A stretch of 64,000 bases of DNA from Candidatus Caldarchaeum sp. (lineage in GTDB: Archaea; Thermoproteota; Nitrososphaeria_A; Caldarchaeales; Caldarchaeaceae), in the NCBI GenBank assembly GCA_038896555.1, contig JAWACZ010000004.1, positions 4,792 through 68,791 on the forward strand. Direction: 5' to 3'. Below, in pieces: positions 1 to 8,680 of the stretch; the first letter of the stretch is position 1, and each line of letters starts with the position of its first letter. The notes below the pieces were generated by a model, which saw only the letters and a list, made by a program, of their open reading frames with translations, did not search any database and was not told the origin of the DNA. The position numbers and the translations under genes were made by a program.

Positions 1-184
1 GCATTTCACGGACTTTTACCGCAGGATTCTCTCTGATTATTTTGTCGGTTCTGTCGACATCCTCACGGCCTAGCTTTCGCCTAAACTTAATCAACGTTAC
101 GAAATGCATGAATTTTATCTGTATTGGATGCAATTATGTGTTTCGCCCGCAACGTTGATATACCCTGGCCCCCAGACATAACTA

Positions 185-451
185 ATGCCCTACATAACCC
201 GTGAGGAGAGAGCCGAGCTTGACAAGGAGGTTGAAGCCCTCGTGAAGAAGCTGGCTGCAGCCCCGCCTGAAAAGATGGACGGAAGGCTCAACTACGTGAT
301 AACACGTCTGCTGGCACAACTCTATCCGCCGGGCTACTTCAACTACAACAGGGCCATGGGAGTTCTTTCGTCAGTAGCTCACGAATACTACAGACGACGC
401 GTAGCCCCCTACGAGGACGAAAAGATTAAACAGAACGGCGACGTATACTAG
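185..451 (+). CDS. hypothetical small protein (88 aa)
   Basis: Intact ORF with no recognisable motif; charged N-terminal helix. Confidence 0.35.
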   Translation: MPYITREERAELDKEVEALVKKLAAAPPEKMDGRLNYVITRLLAQLYPPGYFNYNRAMGVLSSVAHEYYRRRVAPYEDEKIKQNGDVY

Positions 452-486
452 CTAAGCTATATATCGCCTACAAATGATTAACAGCC

Positions 487-1476
487 ATGGCCGAGCAGGA
501 GACTGAAATAGACCATGCAAGGCTTCTGACTTTCTTCAGAAAAATGGTTGAGATAAGGCTTTTCGAGGAAAGGGTTGAAAAGCTTTATCGCGAGGGCAGG
601 ATAGCCGGTCCAACACATCTCTACATAGGTCAGGAGGCGGTCGCGGTGGGTGTGATCGAAGCTCTCGACAAAGATGACGTAATAATCTCAACCTACAGGG
701 GGCATGGACACGGCTTGGCGAGAGGCGTTCCCATGCGGGCTGTTTTGGGCGAAATAATGGGAAAGTCTGTTGGAACATGCAAAGGCCTTGGAGGCTCTAT
801 GCATGCTCCAATAAGCGTTGAGAGGAAGATACTGTTTGCCACAGCAATAGTTGGCAGCGGTCTCCCAATAGCTGTCGGCGTGGCACTAGGGTTTAAACAA
901 CGTGGCGAAAAGAATTTGGCAGCAGTGTTTTTCGGCGACGGAGCCGTCAACACAGGAGCCTTCCACGAAGCATTGAATTTAGCGGCTGTCTGGAGTCTTC
1001 CAGTCCTATTCGTCTGCGAAAACAACCTTTACGCAATGAGCACAGCTCTTTCCAGAACCTTCGCCGGAGAAAGCATAGCCGCTCGAAGCTCGAGCTATGG
1101 GCTCAAAACCTTCACAGTCATGGGTAACGACGCCGTCGAAGTATACACCACAACACGTTCAGCAGCCTCATACATACGTGAAGGACGGGGTCCTGCTTTC
1201 ATCGAATGCAGAACATACCGTCAGAAAGGACACGGCGGATATGACTTGGGAACATGGTATAGACCGAGGGAGGAGATTGAAGAATGGCTGGTGAAAGACC
1301 CTATAGAGCTGTTGTTCAACCGTTTGAAGGCGGATGGGTTGCTCGACGAGCAGAGAAGAAAAGCGCTGGAACAGGATGTTAACAAGATGATTGACGGCGT
1401 CGTTGAGGAAGTGCTCAACGCCCCCTTAACCGATTTCAGGGTTTTGGAAGAGCTTGTCTACTCATCGAAAAGGTGA
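487..1476 (+). CDS. 2-oxoacid (pyruvate/acetoin/branched-chain) dehydrogenase E1 component alpha subunit, TPP-dependent
   Basis: TPP-binding GDGA-x-NTG motif and YRGHGHG loop typical of E1 alpha; directly upstream of E1 beta. Confidence 0.85.
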   Translation: MAEQETEIDHARLLTFFRKMVEIRLFEERVEKLYREGRIAGPTHLYIGQEAVAVGVIEALDKDDVIISTYRGHGHGLARGVPMRAVLGEIMGKSVGTCKGLGGSMHAPISVERKILFATAIVGSGLPIAVGVALGFKQRGEKNLAAVFFGDGAVNTGAFHEALNLAAVWSLPVLFVCENNLYAMSTALSRTFAGESIAARSSSYGLKTFTVMGNDAVEVYTTTRSAASYIREGRGPAFIECRTYRQKGHGGYDLGTWYRPREEIEEWLVKDPIELLFNRLKADGLLDEQRRKALEQDVNKMIDGVVEEVLNAPLTDFRVLEELVYSSKR

Positions 1477-1482
1477 AAGGCC

Positions 1483-2481
1483 ATGGGTGTTAGGGAGATC
1501 ACATACGTGGAAGCCTTGAACGAAGCTTTGAAGGAGGAGATGCGTCGAGACAGTTCTGTGATAGTTTTCGGTGAAGAAGTAGCTTTTGCCGGAGGCGTCT
1601 ACAAGGTGACCAAAGACCTTCTGAAAGAGTTCGGCCCTACAAGGGTTATGGACACGCCGATATCGGAGATAGCCATAGTAGGTGCTGCGATAGGGGCTGC
1701 GTTGAATGGTTTGAGGCCTGTCGCTGAGCTTATGTTTTTCGACTTCGCCGGCATAGCCTTTGACCAGATAGTGACGCATGCTTCTAAGATTCGTTTCACA
1801 TCGGGAGGGCAGGTCAAGCTATCTCTAGTTATCCGCACCCAGTACAGCCTTGGACGTTCATACGGTAGTCAGCACACGCAGTTTCTGACGGCTTCCTTTA
1901 TGCAGGCGCCTGGGCTGAAAATAGTTCTTCCATCGACGCCCTATGACGCAAAAGGCCTCCTCAAGTCTGCAATCCGCGATGACGACCCCGTTCTCTTCAT
2001 AGAATCTGGCGCACTCTACGTCAACAGGAGCTACTATGGATATAAAGGGCCCGTACCCGAGGAAGAATATTTGCTCCCAATAGGTAAAGCCGACGTCAAG
2101 GCTGAGGGGGATGATGTGACTGTTGTCGCTTTGTCGCGAACGGTGTCTGAGGCCATGGCTGCCGCCGGTCAGCTGAAAGAAGAGGGGTTGAAGGCCGAGG
2201 TAGTGGACCTGAGGACGGTTCAGCCGATGGATTACGAGACTGTCTTAAGGTCTGTAAGGAAGACGAACCGCTTAATCATAGCGGAGGACAGCGTAAAAAC
2301 CTGCGGCGTGTCGGCGGAGATAGCTGCATATGTTGCGGAAAACGCCCTAGACGCCCTTGAAGCCCCTGTGATAAGGCTTAACTCCCCACCCATGCCGGCA
2401 CCGCAATCACAGCCTCTCGAAAGACAGTATATGGTTACTGCTGACAAGATAGTTGAGGCCGTCAGAAAACTTTGTCTCTAG
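1483..2481 (+). CDS. 2-oxoacid dehydrogenase E1 component beta subunit (transketolase-like)
   Basis: E1 beta-like sequence over its full length (EVAFAGGVYKVTKDL..., C-terminal transketolase domain); follows E1 alpha after a 6-bp gap. Confidence 0.85.
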   Translation: MGVREITYVEALNEALKEEMRRDSSVIVFGEEVAFAGGVYKVTKDLLKEFGPTRVMDTPISEIAIVGAAIGAALNGLRPVAELMFFDFAGIAFDQIVTHASKIRFTSGGQVKLSLVIRTQYSLGRSYGSQHTQFLTASFMQAPGLKIVLPSTPYDAKGLLKSAIRDDDPVLFIESGALYVNRSYYGYKGPVPEEEYLLPIGKADVKAEGDDVTVVALSRTVSEAMAAAGQLKEEGLKAEVVDLRTVQPMDYETVLRSVRKTNRLIIAEDSVKTCGVSAEIAAYVAENALDALEAPVIRLNSPPMPAPQSQPLERQYMVTADKIVEAVRKLCL

Positions 2482-2723
2482 ATTTTCTGGATCTCCGCTA
2501 TTACCTCCCCCACACTGACCTCGTCCCCAACCTTGTGAAGTATCCTGACTATTTTGCCGTCCACCTCTGAAGGGATCTCAACAGCGGCTTTCTCCGTCTC
2601 AACGATGACTACGACCTCGCCCTTTTTTACTTGGTCGCCCTCCTTTTTCAGCCATTCAACTATCTTGCCCGACTCCATCGCAACATCTATCCTAGGCAGT
2701 ATGAGCTTATACAGCTCGGACAT
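2478..2723 (-). CDS. stand-alone lipoyl-domain protein (biotin/lipoyl attachment fold, ETEKA lipoyl-lysine motif)
   Basis: 81 aa with hybrid-barrel lipoyl domain signature (VETEKAAVEIPS..G). Convergent with E1 beta, stop codons overlapping. Confidence 0.7.
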   Translation of the reverse strand: MSELYKLILPRIDVAMESGKIVEWLKKEGDQVKKGEVVVIVETEKAAVEIPSEVDGKIVRILHKVGDEVSVGEVIAEIQKI

Positions 2724-2936
2724 GATCCTCTCAGGTTGTTTAAATAAGGCAGTTTATAAACCAGTATTACTTATTTAGGCTTAACAGCGTCAGAGTCTTA
2801 TACCTAGCCGCCATGTTAGCTGTGGTGGTGTTCATGGCCAGCCTTGACACTTTGATAAGCTTAATGATACTTGCCGTGTTGTGTTACGAAACATGGCTGA
2901 TGCATAAACTTTACAGGAGCGAGAACGGACGTAGGT

Positions 2937-3257
2937 CTAGGTGATGACGCAGCGGCGGCCGTCAAACTCGATGTTTTCATAAAACGTAACAATCCAGCCT
3001 CTGTCAACCGTCTGGCCTTCCTCAGGTTTTAGGAAGGCTATCAGCCCGTAAGCCGTGGACTTGATGACAAGCTCCTGTGCCACAAACTCCTCCTCCAAAA
3101 CAAACTTTCTACCCTGGATTCTCCCAACGCCCACCAGCCATCCCGGCTGGTCTTCGCCGAACTTCTTCCAGTAGTTTATTCTGACGGCTTTACGGCTGCT
3201 GACAAGGCTTAAAGCCTCCTCGGGCAGCAGTACGTCTTCGTAGACATACGTAGGCAT
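2937..3257 (-). CDS. hypothetical protein (106 aa)
   Basis: Intact ORF co-directional with the lipoyl protein; no recognisable motif. Confidence 0.4.
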   Translation of the reverse strand: MPTYVYEDVLLPEEALSLVSSRKAVRINYWKKFGEDQPGWLVGVGRIQGRKFVLEEEFVAQELVIKSTAYGLIAFLKPEEGQTVDRGWIVTFYENIEFDGRRCVIT

Positions 3258-3314
3258 GGTGAAATGGCTGGTTTTCGGTCGTTTTTAAAGTAATATCCCG
3301 CTTGAACAAATTAC

Positions 3315-4011
3315 ATGCGTTTTGACGTTGTTGTCGTGGGCGGCGGGTCTACAGGCGCTTCGATACCTATGCAAAATCGGCTGCGAACGAAGGATGTGTT
3401 CTGATGGAGTCTTGCGAGGTTAAAGGAGTGAGGATGGCCGGCAACCGTTTCGAACAGCTTTTAACCACCCGCGGCGATCTTGAGGCAGGCTTGGTTGTTA
3501 TCACTACAGGCGTATGGTGTAACAGTTTTTTGGAGCAGGCCTGAGTGTTTCCAAGGACAGCATCTTGTCGTAGGAGACCTTCCCTATAACTATTACATGC
3601 GGCCGTTTGGAGACGGCCAGACATACATGGGCAGCATTAACCCAGACATGAGTAGGCAGGAAAAATACCCGCAACGACCTTTAAGCTAAAGTCGGCATCG
3701 ACACTGCAGCGCTGTACTGCGAAGCCGTGTCTAAAAGTTTTTCGATCATGGCTGAAGCGAGGATGGCCGACGGATGGATAGGGATTTACGACGTCACACC
3801 CCACTGGCACCCCATAATAGGGTATTCGAAAACCGTTCAAAACTTTTTCAACGCGGTGGGCTTGAGTGGTCACGGCTTTAAGCTATGTCCGGCCATAGGA
3901 ATGTTCGCAGGCGATATCATCCTAGAAAACAAACCCACCTAGTCGACCTAGGAGTTCTTCAGCGAAGAAAGGTTTGAGAAAGGCAGGCTTATCGGCGTAT
4001 CCTACAAGTAA
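3315..4011 (+). pseudogene. decayed FAD-dependent oxidoreductase (DAO/sarcosine-oxidase family) pseudogene
   Basis: N-terminal Rossmann motif MRFDVVVVGGGSTGAS followed by a stop after about 30 codons. Internal VVITTGVWCNSF and C-terminal GHGFKLCPAIGMFAGDIILEN signatures lie in different frames. Total span is about 0.7 kb versus about 1.1 kb expected. Confidence 0.6.
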
Positions 4012-4063
4012 TGCGTCATATCTTGAGCACATTTTTAAGAAAGCATCAACAGATAATAGCCGC

Positions 4064-4164
4064 GCCCTGGTAGCTCAGCCTGGTGGAGCGCCCGCTTGGT
4101 AAGCGGTAGAACCCTTTAGGACGTAAGGGTGCCGAGGTCCGGGGTTCAAAGCCCCGCCAGGGCT
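4064..4164 (+). tRNA. tRNA-Thr (anticodon GGU) with ~27-nt intron at a non-canonical position (3' side of anticodon stem, about 42/43)
   Basis: Acceptor GCCCTGG/CCAGGGC, D-arm GCTC..GAGC, anticodon loop TTGGTAA and T-arm CGGGG-TTCAAAG-CCCCG are all present. The anticodon stem CCCGC/GCGG|G only closes if 4107-4133 is removed. Mature length would be 74 nt. Confidence 0.6.
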
Positions 4165-4209
4165 TAATCTCTCCCAACCTACTTTAAATAGAAAAACGCT
4201 TAGAGACGG

Positions 4210-4761
4210 TTGATGAACGAGCCCGACTGGCTTGTCATTCTTGTCGGCCACGGGCAGTTTCCCCTGGATATGCCCCATACCCTGCAAACCGAATATGTAA
4301 CGCTACTCCACAAACCTGACAGAACTCTTCAGGAGGAGCAGAGGCTTGCTGAGTTGACGAAAATTGTTCTGAGCTGGCCTAGAAGTGAGAGGAACGACCC
4401 TTACTGGTCGAGCGTTAGAAAGTTGGCGTTGCTTCTCGAACAAGCTCTCAAAGATAGTAAAGTAATGGTTGCTTTCAACGAGTTCTGTCCACCTCTCTTT
4501 GAAGAAGTGTTGGAAAACGCCTGCAAGTCAAACCATCAAAAGATTATGGTTTTGACGACCATGCTGATACCTGGGGGAGTTCACTCCGAGGTTGAGATAC
4601 CGAGGCTGATAGAAGATTTTAGCAGAAGGTATGGCAAGAAGATAGTTTATGTCTGGCCTGTCAGCGTGCAAAACTTAGTAGACCTTTACGTCAGAGAGAT
4701 TAAGGTCCGTTTAGGCAGCTCAGCCTCAGAAACCATGTTTAATAATTCACAGCGATTTTAA
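4210..4761 (+). CDS. CbiX-like sirohydrochlorin chelatase family protein
   Basis: LVILVGHG motif and class II chelatase-like architecture; somewhat longer than CbiXS. Confidence 0.5.
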   Translation: MMNEPDWLVILVGHGQFPLDMPHTLQTEYVTLLHKPDRTLQEEQRLAELTKIVLSWPRSERNDPYWSSVRKLALLLEQALKDSKVMVAFNEFCPPLFEEVLENACKSNHQKIMVLTTMLIPGGVHSEVEIPRLIEDFSRRYGKKIVYVWPVSVQNLVDLYVREIKVRLGSSASETMFNNSQRF

Positions 4762-4767
4762 ACAGTT

Positions 4768-5787
4768 GTGAAAGCCGCTGTAATGTATAGGGCGTTCGAC
4801 TTAAGGCTTGAGGAGATACCCGAGCCAGAGCTTGGGCCGGGAATGATGCTCGTGAGAGTGAAAGCCTGCGGGATATGTCCTGTAGATATACGTGTTTTCA
4901 ACGGAGAGGATGTTTGGGTCTCCCTTCCAGCCGCCGGGGTTTCGGGACATGAGATAGCTGGAGTTGTGGAGAAGGTTGGTGAAGGCGTGTTTACCCACAA
5001 GCCTGGCGACAGGGTAGCCGGCTCGCTCCACAAACCGTGCGGCCTCTGCAAATATTGTTTGACTGAAAGCGACAACCTCTGCTCCAACTCAGGTTTCTAC
5101 AAACCTCCTGTGTTCGGTTTTGCTGAATACGTTCTAGCATACCCTGACAAGATGCCTGTTTTCGGGGAGAGCCTAAGCTTCGAGGAGGCCGCTTTCACCG
5201 AGCCTTTGGCTTCATGCATCAACGCCGTCGAAAAATGTGGAGTAAAGCCTGGCGACTGGGTTGCTGTCGTAGGCGTCGGTCAGATAGGCCTAATGCATGT
5301 ACAGCTTGCGAAGCTTAAAGGTGCGAGGGTTGTAGCCATAGACCTTCTAGACGAGAGGCTGAGATTGGCTGAGAAACTCGGCGCCGATTACTCGGTTAAC
5401 AGCTCGGATAAAGACGCTGTCGAACAGTGCAGGCTTTTGACCAAGGATGATGGGTTTGACAAGGTTATTACATCTGTGGGAGGAGACGACGCCATACGTT
5501 TTGGGTTAAGCCTACTAGCGAAAAAAGGGATTATGAACATTTTCGCCTCAACCCATCCTAAAACAGAGATAAGCATAGACCCTAACACGATACATTACAA
5601 GGAAATAATCATCACGGGTACTTACGGCGGAACCAAAAAAGACTTCAAAACAGCCTTGACGCTAATCCAGCAAGGTGTTGTAAAAGTTAAACCTCTCATA
5701 ACCCACAGTCTGCCTCTTGAGAGAATCGTAGAAGGTTTGCAGCTCCACTCACAGAGAAAAAGTATTAAAGTAGTAATCACACCCTAG
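4768..5787 (+). CDS. zinc-dependent alcohol dehydrogenase (MDR family; threonine/sorbitol dehydrogenase-like)
   Basis: GHEIAGVVEKVG catalytic-zinc motif, structural-zinc Cys cluster (CGLCKYC), GVGQIG Rossmann motif. Confidence 0.85.
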   Translation: MKAAVMYRAFDLRLEEIPEPELGPGMMLVRVKACGICPVDIRVFNGEDVWVSLPAAGVSGHEIAGVVEKVGEGVFTHKPGDRVAGSLHKPCGLCKYCLTESDNLCSNSGFYKPPVFGFAEYVLAYPDKMPVFGESLSFEEAAFTEPLASCINAVEKCGVKPGDWVAVVGVGQIGLMHVQLAKLKGARVVAIDLLDERLRLAEKLGADYSVNSSDKDAVEQCRLLTKDDGFDKVITSVGGDDAIRFGLSLLAKKGIMNIFASTHPKTEISIDPNTIHYKEIIITGTYGGTKKDFKTALTLIQQGVVKVKPLITHSLPLERIVEGLQLHSQRKSIKVVITP

Positions 5788-5794
5788 CATCGCT

Positions 5795-6559
5795 GTGACC
5801 CTTGCCGGAAAAGCCATCCGTCTTAAACGCATATTCCAAGCCGACGGACGGAGCCTAATCTTTGCATTCGACCACGGTTCTTTCATGGGGCCGGTTAAGG
5901 GTTCTGAGAGGCCTTCGGAGATTCTCGCCAAAGTCGTGGCGGCTGGAGTCGACGCGGTGATGACAAGCCTGGGCTTGCTAAAGATGTACGCGTCCTCTCT
6001 GGCGAGGAAAAACTTGGGCTGGATACTGACTCTTCAAGACAAATCCCCCTCGACAATACCGTGGAGCGTCAAAGCAGCTTCGAACCATGGAGCCGACGCC
6101 GTCAAATATTTCGTCAAAATTGGAGGCGAAAACGAGCGGCAGGAGCTTGAGACGCTCTGGGCCCTGTCTGTTACGGCAGCCGATTATGGAATCCCTGTTC
6201 TCGCTGAGATGTATCCCGCCAAGCCGTCCATGGCTTCAGCGGTTGAAATCTCTAAAATGGCTAGAATAGGTGCCGAGTATGGGGCCGACTTCATAAAAAC
6301 TATGTACACCGGCGGTGTGGAAAGCTTCAGATACGTCGTCCGCTCGTGCCCTGTGCCGGTGGTTGTGCTGGGGGGCGAGTTTATGGAGTCTGACACAGAG
6401 GTTTTGCGGATGGTTTACGACAGCCTATCCGCCGGAGGAGCTGGGGTTGCTTTCGGCAGAAACATCTTCCAACACCCCAACCCTGAGAAAATCACAGAGG
6501 CTCTCTACGCGCTAATCCATGGAGGGCTTTCTCCTGAAAAGCTTTTGCCGCTGACCTAA
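5795..6559 (+). CDS. class I aldolase of the DhnA/FbaB family (archaeal fructose-bisphosphate aldolase or ADH synthase AroA')
   Basis: IFAFDHGSFMGPV and ADFIKT (Schiff-base Lys) signatures of the DhnA-type TIM-barrel aldolases. Confidence 0.7.
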   Translation: MTLAGKAIRLKRIFQADGRSLIFAFDHGSFMGPVKGSERPSEILAKVVAAGVDAVMTSLGLLKMYASSLARKNLGWILTLQDKSPSTIPWSVKAASNHGADAVKYFVKIGGENERQELETLWALSVTAADYGIPVLAEMYPAKPSMASAVEISKMARIGAEYGADFIKTMYTGGVESFRYVVRSCPVPVVVLGGEFMESDTEVLRMVYDSLSAGGAGVAFGRNIFQHPNPEKITEALYALIHGGLSPEKLLPLT

Positions 6560-7197
6560 GCTTTGTCGCGTGGTCTGGAAGCTCTCACAATCCATGGAAC
6601 CCACACGCTGCTCAAAGCCTTCGCCCTGTGGATCGTGTTCAACACAACGACTGTGGGAGCTAAGCTGAACCCCATGTGAAGGACGTTATAGGCCGCTGTG
6701 AAAAGCAGAACCAGAAACAGGCCTTGTAGGTCTGATGCAAGACGTAGGCCGAGGAAGGCGGAAAGGGTTGCTGTCGCAAAGTTCAGAAACTCTGGAAACA
6801 TCACAACCAACACCACATAGTTTGCCGCGGTCATCACAACGACCCTTAACACCGTCCCGACAACCGCGCCGGCTCCAACCATCGGCCCCATGCCTCTCAA
6901 GCTCAGCAGACGTGACCCTGCCCAAAAGCCTGCAACAGACGACAAAACCGCTAAGAACTTCATAGTAGGCCCTATAGGGGTGAACGCGCCCACCACAAGC
7001 AGCGCAAGATAGTAGATGAGCGCGGCCAGCATACCTGAAGAAGGTCCAAACCCAAGCAGGGCGATGAAGACAGGTATCTCAGCCGGGTCGAACCTGAGGT
7101 AGGGAACGGGGGGGAACGGGAAGCTCAGCGGCAGTACTGCGAGGACCAAGGCAAGAGCGGCCATAGAAGCCCCTGAGGTCAAAGACGTAAGCCTCAT
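6556..7197 (-). CDS. integral membrane protein, possibly ECF-transporter S (substrate-capture) component
   Basis: About 6 predicted TM helices and a PYLRFDPAEIPVFIA segment reminiscent of ECF S components. No EcfA/T genes adjacent. Confidence 0.4.
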   Translation of the reverse strand: MRLTSLTSGASMAALALVLAVLPLSFPFPPVPYLRFDPAEIPVFIALLGFGPSSGMLAALIYYLALLVVGAFTPIGPTMKFLAVLSSVAGFWAGSRLLSLRGMGPMVGAGAVVGTVLRVVVMTAANYVVLVVMFPEFLNFATATLSAFLGLRLASDLQGLFLVLLFTAAYNVLHMGFSLAPTVVVLNTIHRAKALSSVWVPWIVRASRPRDKA

Positions 7198-7346
7198 CTC
7201 CGATGACGGCCGGATGCTTCCTTTTTATTAAACGATGCGTAGCTACAAACAACCTTAGTTGACATGTTAGCCAGGACGTGGGCAAGGCGATTAACTTTGG
7301 TGTTCCCGCCATCCCTTAAATAGAATTTGTTCGATTTCCCAGGAAG

Positions 7347-8504
7347 ATGAATGTAGCGGACATAATGTTAACCGACTTTCCACGGGTTTACGACAACGAG
7401 CCTTTAACGAAGGTTCTAGGCCTGTTTGCTGAGAAGAAAGCCGATGTAGTTGTTGTTCAGAACAAGGAAAACGACAGGCTTGTCGGTGTTGTTACCAAAA
7501 GGTCTATGCTCAAGCCGAACCTTAACCCTTCAAAGGTTCCAGCGAGGACGTTGGCTGTAAAAACCCCACGGTTAAACCCGGAGGACGCGCTACACAAGGC
7601 TGCTAAGTTTATGATTGAAAGGAACATGAAGGCCTTGCCTGTAACCGACTCAGGAAAACCTTTAGGACTTGTGACGGTGGCAGACGTGGTTCTAAACTCT
7701 CACGATGCTTTGAGAAAAATAAGCGTGTCAAAAGTGATGACACGTGAGGTGATATCCATTGACGCTAAGGACACGATAGGAAGAGCTATATCTGTGATGC
7801 GTGACGAAGGCGTTTCAAGGCTTCCGGTTCTGGACAGAGAGAGGCTCGTGGGGATTGTTACAGTTACTGACATCGTTGAGAAGGTTGTCAAACCTCGGTT
7901 GAAAAATTCCTGGGGTGATGTTGTTGGCGAAAAAGTCAGAACCCTCAGCAACCCTGTGAAAAGCATTATGACAAGGGATGTCATGACGGTTCAGCCTTCT
8001 GAAAACATAGTTGAGGCAGTACGCAGGATGAAGGAGCATGGGTTCTCTTGTTTGGTTGTTACAGAGAGGCATAGAGTGGTTGGTATCTTTACTTTAATGG
8101 ATGCTTTGGAGCCCGTCGTGGCGCAGCTTCAAGAGACCGAGAGAAACATAGTTGTGGAGGTTAGCTACAAGATGGACAGAGTTGACGTGGATGATAAGGA
8201 GCGGGTGATGGAGGTTGCCGACCGTTTCGTAAAAAGGTTTAGGAAAACGCTTGGTAACGGCGTCCTCAGCCTTTATTTCAAGGAGCACAGGGAGAGACAT
8301 GGCGACCTGAGGCTGATACACTGCAGGGCACGGCTCAACTCCGACAGGTTTCAGTTCGTAGGCGTTGGAGAGGCTTGGCGACCAGACCTAGCGGCTCGGA
8401 CAGCTTTGAAAGTTATTGAAAGACAGTTTCTCGTGAAGAAAGAGCTTGCGTCCCAGTATCCTTTTGGAAGAGAGTTTTTCGAAAGCCTTGCCGAATCCTA
8501 CTGA
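7347..8504 (+). CDS. CBS-domain protein (4 CBS motifs = 2 Bateman modules) with C-terminal HPF/RaiA (ribosome hibernation factor, S30AE)-like domain
   Basis: Four repeats of the CBS pattern (..VGVVT..D.., ..LGLVTVADV.., ..LPVLD..LVGIVTVTDI.., ..CLVV....VVGIFTLMD). The last about 110 aa align in pattern with bacterial HPF/YfiA (M-x-vdvdd..v.e...DRf.K......LSLYFKEH...LRLIHCRARL....F..VGEA...DLAARTAL.VIERQ..K). Confidence 0.7.
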   Translation: MNVADIMLTDFPRVYDNEPLTKVLGLFAEKKADVVVVQNKENDRLVGVVTKRSMLKPNLNPSKVPARTLAVKTPRLNPEDALHKAAKFMIERNMKALPVTDSGKPLGLVTVADVVLNSHDALRKISVSKVMTREVISIDAKDTIGRAISVMRDEGVSRLPVLDRERLVGIVTVTDIVEKVVKPRLKNSWGDVVGEKVRTLSNPVKSIMTRDVMTVQPSENIVEAVRRMKEHGFSCLVVTERHRVVGIFTLMDALEPVVAQLQETERNIVVEVSYKMDRVDVDDKERVMEVADRFVKRFRKTLGNGVLSLYFKEHRERHGDLRLIHCRARLNSDRFQFVGVGEAWRPDLAARTALKVIERQFLVKKELASQYPFGREFFESLAESY

Positions 8505-8680
8505 CCCTCGCCCATATCTTTCAACATTGCAAAGTAGTCTTCTTCATCCATCTCAACGATAAAAGAGCCCACATACCCGCATGAAACACATCTGTAGACT
8601 TTCCCCAAATATCCGCCGAGGTAGAGGTCGAGGGTTGTTTTCCTACATACGGGACAGACCTGGACGTTTTTCTTTTTCAC
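8498..8680 (-). CDS. small zinc-ribbon protein (CPVC...CVSC)
   Basis: 60 aa, two CxxC pairs; overlaps the stop of the upstream Mrp gene (probable operon). Confidence 0.5.
   Translation of the reverse strand: MKKKNVQVCPVCRKTTLDLYLGGYLGKVYRCVSCGYVGSFIVEMDEEDYFAMLKDMGEGQ

Noticed and set aside
2813-2944. 43-codon plus-strand ORF encoding a single-TM peptide (MLAVVVFMASLDTLISLMILAVLCYETWLMHKLYRSENGRRSR) in the lipoyl-protein/hypothetical intergenic region
   Set aside because: It is too short to judge without conservation or expression data, and its 3' end overlaps the stop of the minus-strand 106-aa gene. Noted only as a candidate.
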